Below are positions 10,201-15,817 of a DNA stretch of 37,526 nt, piece by piece. Within the stretch, counting starts at the first letter, position 1, and the number at the start of each line of letters is the position of its first letter. Source of the DNA: Bacteroidales bacterium (GTDB lineage: Bacteria; Bacteroidota; Bacteroidia; Bacteroidales; UBA7960); contig SKYG01000012.1 of the NCBI GenBank assembly GCA_007128045.1, forward strand, positions 1-37,526. Reading direction: 5' to 3'. The position numbers were made by a program, and so were the translations under genes. Below the pieces are notes generated by a model. The model was not told the DNA's origin. It did not search any database and saw only the letters and a list, made by a program, of their open reading frames with translations.

Positions 10201-10337
10201 TGCAGGAACCCCTCGCCCTGGCAATCATTGGTGGCATGGCAATGGGTACTGTTGTCAGCCTGTATTTTATCCCGCTGGTTTACTGGTTTTTTTATAACAA
10301 GACTCCGGAAGCCTCAACACTCACTCAATCACCGTAA
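7269..10337 (+). CDS. Efflux RND transporter permease subunit B (AcrB/AcrD/AcrF family)
   Basis: 1022 aa; MVKFLINRPVAV start, LPVSLLPDIQIPEITV, TM4 GMMIDNSIIVIDNI, LAAQFESLLQP and RLKPIVMTSLTT. Confidence 0.95.
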   Translation: MVKFLINRPVAVIMSFLAMVLLGLVSGGLLPVSLLPDIQIPEITVQVSHPNASVRELENTVVRPLRQQLLQVAGLSDIESEVRDGNAMIRLRFTHGSNMNYLYIEVNEKIDAVMGNLPRELERPRVIKASASDIPVFYLNIFMNRIDQDQDLSQFLELSEFADWVIRKRIEQLPQVAMVDVSGLVYPEVSVVPDQGMMTGLGLTHDDIRQMMEQNNVTLGSLMVRDGIYQYNVRFTSTLHNVEDIGNIMIMASDRLFRLKDLAKINVRPRKPEGLFHWNGRPAVTMAVIKQAEARMSDMKAAMKNLTSRFEKDYPQMRFELSQDQTGILDYTIGNLRNNLILGGSLAIILMFLFLKDVRSPLLIAMSVPTSLIISLLFFKLTGLSLNIISLSGLILGVGMMIDNSIIVIDNITQHMERGHPLHEACIKGTNEVIRPLISSVLTTCAVFIPLIFLSGIAGALFYDQAIAVASGLAASLIVSITLIPALYHLIHYKTRNKSGLKKFHSFQVFKLENAYNRGFDLVFKYRRLAMVGFVLLLLIAGALYTMLPLQKMPPLKQIEMVMKIDWNESIHLDENTSRVSSLINHHDEMIVESAAFTGRQQFLLGRDIDNDITHAYVYLKSHDQQSLSALRENILATVASRYPLARIGFEPATNVFDKIFESQQPPLVAKITSVQGQRVPEVKKIRHIGRMIAGAHPDAEINPLPLGENIVLGVYPDKLLLYKVNQTHLYGQIKTALDQYEIGRLMADQTLVPIVLGEEERLIEDIINTLLVRNSEGAHIPATALVSMHREAGYSSLAAGREGEYIPVIFSNPGNRTGMLISSVEQLVRQDPELDVSFSGSWFETRMLMREMLLVVLISLLLLYFILAAQFESLLQPLIVMLEIPMNLAGVFLALFIAGAGINIMSMIGIVVMAGIVINDSILKIDTINHLRADGMSLMDALHTGGTRRLKPIVMTSLTTILALTPTLIGKDMGSELQEPLALAIIGGMAMGTVVSLYFIPLVYWFFYNKTPEASTLTQSP

Positions 10338-11340
10338 CCCACCCATGCTCATCAGCTTCATCCCCATACTGGATGCCCTGAAGCTTTTGAAACAGCTTGG
10401 TGGACCAGGGTCCGGCCTTGCCATCTTTGCTGAAGGTGTAGATTTTGCCACTTTCTCGTTCAACGATTGTTCCTATCGGAGAGATGATAGCGGCTGTGCC
10501 GCATGCCCCGGCTTCTTCAAACTCTGCAAGCTCCTCAACAGCTACCTGCCTGCGCTCAACCTTCAACCCCAGATCTTCTGCCAATCGCATAAGACTCATG
10601 TTTGTTATGGAGGGCAGGATAGAGTCAGACTTGGGTGTGATATACGTTTTATCCTTAATGCCGAAGAAATTGGCAGGACCGGCTTCATCAATGTATTTCT
10701 TTTCTTTGGCTTCTAAAAAGATGACGGATGCAAACCCTTCGCTCTTGGCTCTTTCAGAAGCTCTCAGACTGCCGGCATAATTTCCCCCTACCTTGATATG
10801 TCCTGTGCCAAGTGGCGCTGCACGGTCTATATCGCGAATGACCTGCATCTTTACCGGGTTAAACCCTTCCTTGAAATATGGGCCAACAGGTCCAACGAAT
10901 ACCATGAACATATACTCATTGGCCGGACTGACGCCAATCTGGACGCCGCTACCTAATAGCAGCGGACGAATATATAACGCGGCCCCGTGACCATATGGCG
11001 GTACAAATCGCTCATTAAGTTTTACAACCTTAAATACCATCTCCTTGAACAATGTTTCAGGCACTTTGGCCATGAGAATGCCTTCGGCAGATCGTTGCAT
11101 ACGTTTTGCATTCTCTTCCCAGCGAAACAACCTGACCTTTCCGTCTTTTCCCCTGTAGGCCTTCATGCCCTCAAAGGCCTCCTGACCATAATGAAGACAT
11201 GTTGCCGCCATATGCATGTTAACGATCTCAGATGATGAAATCTCTATCTCCCCCCATTTCCCATCACGATAATAACAGCGGAGGTTGTAATCTGTTTTGA
11301 AATACCCGAAAGGCAGCTTTGACCATTCAATTTCGTGCAT
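10321..11340 (-). CDS. ilvE: Branched-chain amino acid aminotransferase
   Basis: LHYGQEAFEGMKAY, LYIRP, PLP lysine KVGGNYA, ILPSIT and GTAA motifs of class IV aminotransferases. Confidence 0.95.
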   Translation of the reverse strand: MHEIEWSKLPFGYFKTDYNLRCYYRDGKWGEIEISSSEIVNMHMAATCLHYGQEAFEGMKAYRGKDGKVRLFRWEENAKRMQRSAEGILMAKVPETLFKEMVFKVVKLNERFVPPYGHGAALYIRPLLLGSGVQIGVSPANEYMFMVFVGPVGPYFKEGFNPVKMQVIRDIDRAAPLGTGHIKVGGNYAGSLRASERAKSEGFASVIFLEAKEKKYIDEAGPANFFGIKDKTYITPKSDSILPSITNMSLMRLAEDLGLKVERRQVAVEELAEFEEAGACGTAAIISPIGTIVERESGKIYTFSKDGKAGPWSTKLFQKLQGIQYGDEADEHGWVTVIE

Positions 11341-11385
11341 GACAATCTGAATTTATAGGTTGATGTGTGTTTTTTTTGTCTATGG

Positions 11386-11393
11386 CGAAATTA
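11386..11393 (-). promoter_or_regulatory. Possible -7 element (TAATTTCG) for ilvE
   Basis: One mismatch to TAnnTTTG, about 45 bp upstream of the start on the minus strand. Confidence 0.4.
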
Positions 11394-11441
11394 TGAATAA
11401 TTTTTTGTTTTTGGCTGATCGCGATGGTAATTTTTCCCACA

Positions 11442-11468
11442 CCTGTCATTTCGAGCGAAGCGAGAAAT
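11442..11468 (+). repeat. TGTCATTTCGAGCGAAGCGAGAAAT-type dispersed repeat arm
   Basis: Its reverse complement matches the joined segments 35962-35974 and 36104-36117 at 23/27 positions. Confidence 0.6.
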
Positions 11469-11558
11469 ACCCTACAGATCGAAGGTTCCCATGTTACGAG
11501 GTTACGGGGTTAAGAGAATTAACCGCAAAGGAACGCGGAGTGATTCGCAGAGCACGCT

Positions 11559-11589
11559 GTATAGGCCGGGCTTGACCGGCCTTCAATCA
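11559..11589 (+). repeat. REP-like palindrome GTAT-AGGCCGG-GCTTGA-CCGGCCT-TCAATCA
   Basis: Perfect 7-bp stem; inverted copy with one mismatch at 36727-36757. Confidence 0.85.
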
Positions 11590-11604
11590 CACTGGCATTG
11601 CCCT

Positions 11605-11777
11605 GTAGGGACAGGGCTTGACCTGTCCGACATGATATTCTGGCAGGTGATATGTATCAACAGGGCTTGACCTGTCCGACATGATATTCTGGCAGGTGAT
11701 GCGTATCATCAGGGCTTGACCTGTCCGACATGATATTCTGGCAGGTGATGTGTATTAACAGGGCTTGACCTGTCCTC
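11605..11777 (+). repeat. GTAG-family REP (GTAG-GGACAGG-GCTTGA-CCTGTCC) expanded into a 49-bp tandem array of about 3.4 units
   Basis: Units start at 11611, 11660, 11709 and 11758 (partial). The first ~40 bp are almost invariant, with a few substitutions at the unit ends. Confidence 0.9.
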
Positions 11778-11806
11778 ACAGGGTTACATGTTTACTGCGC
11801 TTTCTA

Positions 11807-11887
11807 AATTCTCAATTCTCAATTCTCAATTCTCAATTCTCAATTCTCAACGCTCAGCGCTAATTTCTAAAGGCGCTCAGCGCTAAT
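11807..11887. repeat. (AATTCTC)x6 heptamer array followed by CGCTCAGCGCTAAT x2
   Basis: Heptamers at 11807-11848; 14-mers at 11851-11864 and 11874-11887, reaching the dacB stop codon. Confidence 0.95.
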
Positions 11888-13368
11888 CACTCCCCAATGG
11901 CATTCAGCAACTCCACCATCTTATTGCGCATGGCAGCAGGGCTGCCGTCATAGTCGTTTACGATCAGGGCAAAGGCTGCCGGATGGCCGTTCTTTAACCT
12001 GGTATAGCCTGCATACGACCTGACATTTCCCAGAAAACCACTTTTTGCCTGTAGGATACCCTCTGATGGTGTATTCCTGAAAAGGTTGGTGAGTGAACCG
12101 GTTCTGCCCGCTACAGGGAGGCTGTTGATTAAATATGGCGATATGTTGCTGTTATGGCTATGCACCAGCATGTTAACGATCAGCTCTGTCGTTATCCGGT
12201 TCGATGGCGACAGTCCGCTACCATCATGAAGCCGCATGCCTGAGATGTCAATCCCATGTTGTTTCCATAACTCGTATATGGCCTTGGTGCCGGCTTCCAG
12301 GCTACCTGTGCCGGAGGTGGCAAGACCCAGGGTCTTTACGATATTCTCAGCATACACATTCACACTTTCCATATTCGTGCGGAAGATGATCTCCGGCAGG
12401 GTGGGGGAATGCCATTGGCATAGCGAGGTTCTTGGCTTTGATGCGGATAAACCTGCTTTAGTAGCTGTTCTAAGGGTATGCGCCTGGCCTGTGATGGCAA
12501 TTCCGTTTTTCTGAAGCTGATCACTGAACCAGCGGGCTGCAAAAAGTGGCGGATCCGGCATGGATCCTCTTACCGAAAAATGCCTGCTCCCCAGAGGAAC
12601 AGTGCCTGTGAGCAATCGATGCTGGATATACGGTGCCCCAAAGATATATACCTGATCGCCAGAGCCACGCTCGCCAGTTGTCACTTCGTTCACAAACACC
12701 AGTTCGTGCAGGTCTGGTTGTATATCCGAAATTTTTGCCGGTTCGCCAACTACCTGGCCTGCATCGAAAAACACCGTAAATTCATTTTCATGGATTGTAA
12801 GTCCGCTGGATCCTGCACCGAAGTAGTTGCCAATGTCTTCCCACAACCATTTGCGGGGTATCATGTTCGCGTCAAAGGCAGCGTCATCTGCTATTATATG
12901 GCCATCTATATGATTAATTCCCGCTGCTTTTATACTCCTTAAAAAATGACCTGATACTTTGCCAAGTGATAATGAATCACTCATCCGGCTTGATCCGAAA
13001 CTGGGGTCTCCGCTGCCCTTAATGTAAAGATTTCCGCGTAGGATACCCTGGTGGTCGATGTGCCCGTCATACTGCAGTGTCGTGATATACCTATATTCAG
13101 GACCCAGTATCATCAATGCTGATATGGTTGTGACAAGCTTCTGAACAGAAGCCGGTGTAAGTGAAAGATGCTGATTGTGTGCCAGAACAGGTTGGCCGGT
13201 TACCATGTCAACGACAAAGACAGACCAGCCTGCATGCTTCATAGCCGGGTCGTTCTTAAACGCATTGTACCGGGCATGTAATTCAGGAGATTGTCGCGAT
13301 TGGGATGACAATGTGCCTGGAAGCAACAAACAAATGACTGAAAGATAAAGCCAATAGATTCTGTTCAT
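11887..13368 (-). CDS. dacB: D-alanyl-D-alanine carboxypeptidase/endopeptidase (PBP4, peptidase S13)
   Basis: Signal peptide, PASVQK (SxxK), SVN (SxN), AKSG (KTG-like), GSGDPSF and DGSGLS. Confidence 0.95.
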   Translation of the reverse strand: MNRIYWLYLSVICLLLPGTLSSQSRQSPELHARYNAFKNDPAMKHAGWSVFVVDMVTGQPVLAHNQHLSLTPASVQKLVTTISALMILGPEYRYITTLQYDGHIDHQGILRGNLYIKGSGDPSFGSSRMSDSLSLGKVSGHFLRSIKAAGINHIDGHIIADDAAFDANMIPRKWLWEDIGNYFGAGSSGLTIHENEFTVFFDAGQVVGEPAKISDIQPDLHELVFVNEVTTGERGSGDQVYIFGAPYIQHRLLTGTVPLGSRHFSVRGSMPDPPLFAARWFSDQLQKNGIAITGQAHTLRTATKAGLSASKPRTSLCQWHSPTLPEIIFRTNMESVNVYAENIVKTLGLATSGTGSLEAGTKAIYELWKQHGIDISGMRLHDGSGLSPSNRITTELIVNMLVHSHNSNISPYLINSLPVAGRTGSLTNLFRNTPSEGILQAKSGFLGNVRSYAGYTRLKNGHPAAFALIVNDYDGSPAAMRNKMVELLNAIGE

Positions 13369-13452
13369 CCTGCTAGTGTTATTTTTTTACTCCTGCTGCT
13401 CAAGAAACAATATATCTGCTTAAATATGTGAGTCCACTCCGAAAAGTCTTTG

Positions 13453-13481
13453 CCCGCTGATTGCGCTGATTCTCGATGATT
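13453..13481. repeat. Degenerate triple repeat CGCTGATT/CGCTGATT/CGATGATT
   Basis: Units at 13455, 13464 and 13474, directly after the stop codon of the MlaD-family gene. Confidence 0.55.
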
Positions 13482-14360
13482 TTATTTGCCAAAAACGGAG
13501 AAGCTGAAATACTTTTTTGGATTGTTGCGGATATCTTCCAACAGGTATTCAAGTTGTTTTGTAGATGCTTCAAGAGTTAGGTACAGATCTTCATTGTTTA
13601 GCAGCATGCCTGCGGTACCTTCACCAGCTTCCAGGTTGTGTAGCAGATTGGAGAGTGATTGTAAGGTCTCATTGGTCTGTTTGAGGAGTGGAGAAAACTC
13701 CAAAGCAGCAAGGGTATCCGACACTGCAGAGAAGTTGTCAATGATGTTTGCTATAGAATTTTCATGATCCCGGATATTGGCAGCAATCGATTCAATATGA
13801 GCGAGGCTTTTATCCAGTTGATGCAAGCCGGAATTAATTTGTGATCGGGTTTCCTCGTTAAACAACATATTTAGAGATGCCAACAAGGTGTCGAGCCGTG
13901 TAATAACACTTACTGCCTGGTCTTTGACAGGTTCAATCATACCTAAGAGTTCATCCTGTATAGGAGGTTTGATCCTTCCCGGCAGTGTATCGCCATGTTG
14001 GAGGTAATCAGGTGTGTTTCCCAGAAGTAATTCAATCTCGAAACCACCAATCAAACTGGATGATTTCAATAAAGCAATAGAATTGGATGGGATATCAATA
14101 TAGTCGCCAATAAGGCATTCAACAACCACCCGGCCGCTTCTGTCCTTATGAAACCCAATCCGGTTCACCTGTCCGATAGCAACACCGTTTACCGTAACGG
14201 GATGCGATTCAATAAGGCCATCTATCACAGGATAAACCACAAAAAATCGCTGTTGTTTTTTTAGCAGGTCTTTGCCTTTCAAATAATTAAATCCCCAAAC
14301 AAACAGCAATAATGCTATTACACCTACTGCACCCAGAATAAACTCACGACGTATTTTCAA
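13482..14360 (-). CDS. MlaD/MCE family protein
   Basis: N-terminal TM, WGFNYLKGKDL, GLIESHPVTVNGVAIGQV (MCE domain), helical tail and LLEDIRNNPKKY; TTG start. Confidence 0.9.
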   Translation of the reverse strand: MKIRREFILGAVGVIALLLFVWGFNYLKGKDLLKKQQRFFVVYPVIDGLIESHPVTVNGVAIGQVNRIGFHKDRSGRVVVECLIGDYIDIPSNSIALLKSSSLIGGFEIELLLGNTPDYLQHGDTLPGRIKPPIQDELLGMIEPVKDQAVSVITRLDTLLASLNMLFNEETRSQINSGLHQLDKSLAHIESIAANIRDHENSIANIIDNFSAVSDTLAALEFSPLLKQTNETLQSLSNLLHNLEAGEGTAGMLLNNEDLYLTLEASTKQLEYLLEDIRNNPKKYFSFSVFGK

Positions 14361-14381
14361 AATGTCTTTATAGTTAGATGG

Positions 14382-15719
14382 TTATTGATTGGAAGATTGA
14401 ACACTCAACAGCCTGATAGCTTCCTGCGGGCTGATTCTTTCTTCTTTTTGGAATGCCACGACAAAGGCATCGGAAAACCCCTTGCGGTGCATCTCTTTTT
14501 GCAAGAGGACGGCACTTTCCAGTGTCTTTTCATTGCCTACGGTATATTTAAATAAGCCCTGGTGAACATAATGGTTTACGCCACTGAGGCCTTTAAATTC
14601 GGGCGCATCATCGGGTCTCTTGCGGCTGGAAACAGCTATCTGAACCCTGAAGTATATCTCACACTCAGATGAAGAAGGTTCTGAAGAATTAGCTGTGGCG
14701 GTTTCTGTAACAACCAAATCGCTGGTCCCTACAGAAATATTGGCATGTCCGGTATTGACTACATTTCCGGCATCATGACTGTGTTCTTCTTCAGCTTGGT
14801 TCTGAACAGCACCATTTGCTGCCAGATCACCGCCCTGATTTATAATGGCGGGGATGTGCGTGGAGTCAATAATTGAAGGAGGTTTATTTGGGGGATCAAC
14901 ATTTGTTGTCCCACCTGATAAATACTGAAGGCGGGCGGAGGCAATGTCGTCTTGCTGTTCTTTATAGTCACGGAATGCCCGGTATATGGCAGAGGCAATA
15001 TATGCTTGTCCGGATTCAGACATCAGGTACTGTTCTTCTCTGGGGTTCGACAGAAATCCTGCTTCTACCAAAATGCCTGGCATGGTGATTTGATAAAGTA
15101 CCAGAAACCCTGCCTGCTTAACGCCTCTGTCTATTCGTCTTGCCCGCTCCCTGAATTGATCCTGAACGAGTGACGCAACGGAAAGGCTTTGATCCAGATA
15201 GGCATTCTGGTATAGACTGAAAATGATATTTGCTTCCGGAGAATGCGGATCAAAGCCATCGTATGTATCCATATAATCATCCTCAAAAAGTATGGAGGCA
15301 TTTTCTTTGCGGGCCACTTCCAGGTTGGCCTCACTTCTGTGAAGTCCCATCACGAATGTCTCGGTACCTATGGCTGTAGAAGACCGGCTGCTATTACAAT
15401 GAATGGATATGAACAGATCTGCGTTATTTTCGTTAGCGATTTGTGCGCGCCTGAACAGCTCTACGAACTCATCCTTCTCCCGGGTATAAATAACCTTTAC
15501 ATCAGGCATATTTTCTTTGATATATTCTCCCAGCTTCAAAGAAATTGCCAGGGTGAGATCCTTTTCTTTGGAGTTCCGTCCTACGGCACCTGGGTCACGT
15601 CCGCCATGTCCCGGATCAATAACAACTGTATTGATGAAACCGTGACGATCAGCCAAGGCAACCTGAGTAGTCACCAGGGCAAGTAACAGAATACCAAAAA
15701 TTATAAAGAAACGTTTCAC
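14382..15719 (-). CDS. N-acetylmuramoyl-L-alanine amidase (Amidase_3) with C-terminal SPOR-like domain
   Basis: VVIDPGHGGRDPGA, EKDLTL, LFISIHCN and ILVEAGFLSN; C-terminal FRVQI...GFSDAFVVAF; GTG start. Confidence 0.93.
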   Translation of the reverse strand: MKRFFIIFGILLLALVTTQVALADRHGFINTVVIDPGHGGRDPGAVGRNSKEKDLTLAISLKLGEYIKENMPDVKVIYTREKDEFVELFRRAQIANENNADLFISIHCNSSRSSTAIGTETFVMGLHRSEANLEVARKENASILFEDDYMDTYDGFDPHSPEANIIFSLYQNAYLDQSLSVASLVQDQFRERARRIDRGVKQAGFLVLYQITMPGILVEAGFLSNPREEQYLMSESGQAYIASAIYRAFRDYKEQQDDIASARLQYLSGGTTNVDPPNKPPSIIDSTHIPAIINQGGDLAANGAVQNQAEEEHSHDAGNVVNTGHANISVGTSDLVVTETATANSSEPSSSECEIYFRVQIAVSSRKRPDDAPEFKGLSGVNHYVHQGLFKYTVGNEKTLESAVLLQKEMHRKGFSDAFVVAFQKEERISPQEAIRLLSVQSSNQ

Positions 15720-15740
15720 TTATAATATGTCAAATTTAGT

Positions 15741-15748
15741 TAGTTTTG
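15741..15748 (+). promoter_or_regulatory. -7 promoter element TAGTTTTG for lptD
   Basis: Exact TAnnTTTG about 70 bp upstream of the start. Confidence 0.55.
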
Positions 15749-15817
15749 CCATGATTATTCGCCTACATAATAACGGTAATAGCGGCAAATAGTATACAAA
15801 AATAACACTAATTCGGT

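Noticed and set aside
10177-10716. 179-aa plus-strand ORF
   Set aside because: It overlaps the RND-B end in another frame, is antisense to ilvE, and has no recognisable motifs.
11360-11575. 71-aa ORF between ilvE and dacB
   Set aside because: It is the translation of non-coding repeat modules (CHFERSEK, IGRA) and overlaps the ilvE promoter region.
11611-11775. CRISPR or other guide-RNA array
   Set aside because: Units are near-identical over their full length with no unique spacers, and there is no cas or nuclease gene nearby. REP-seeded tandem duplication explains it.
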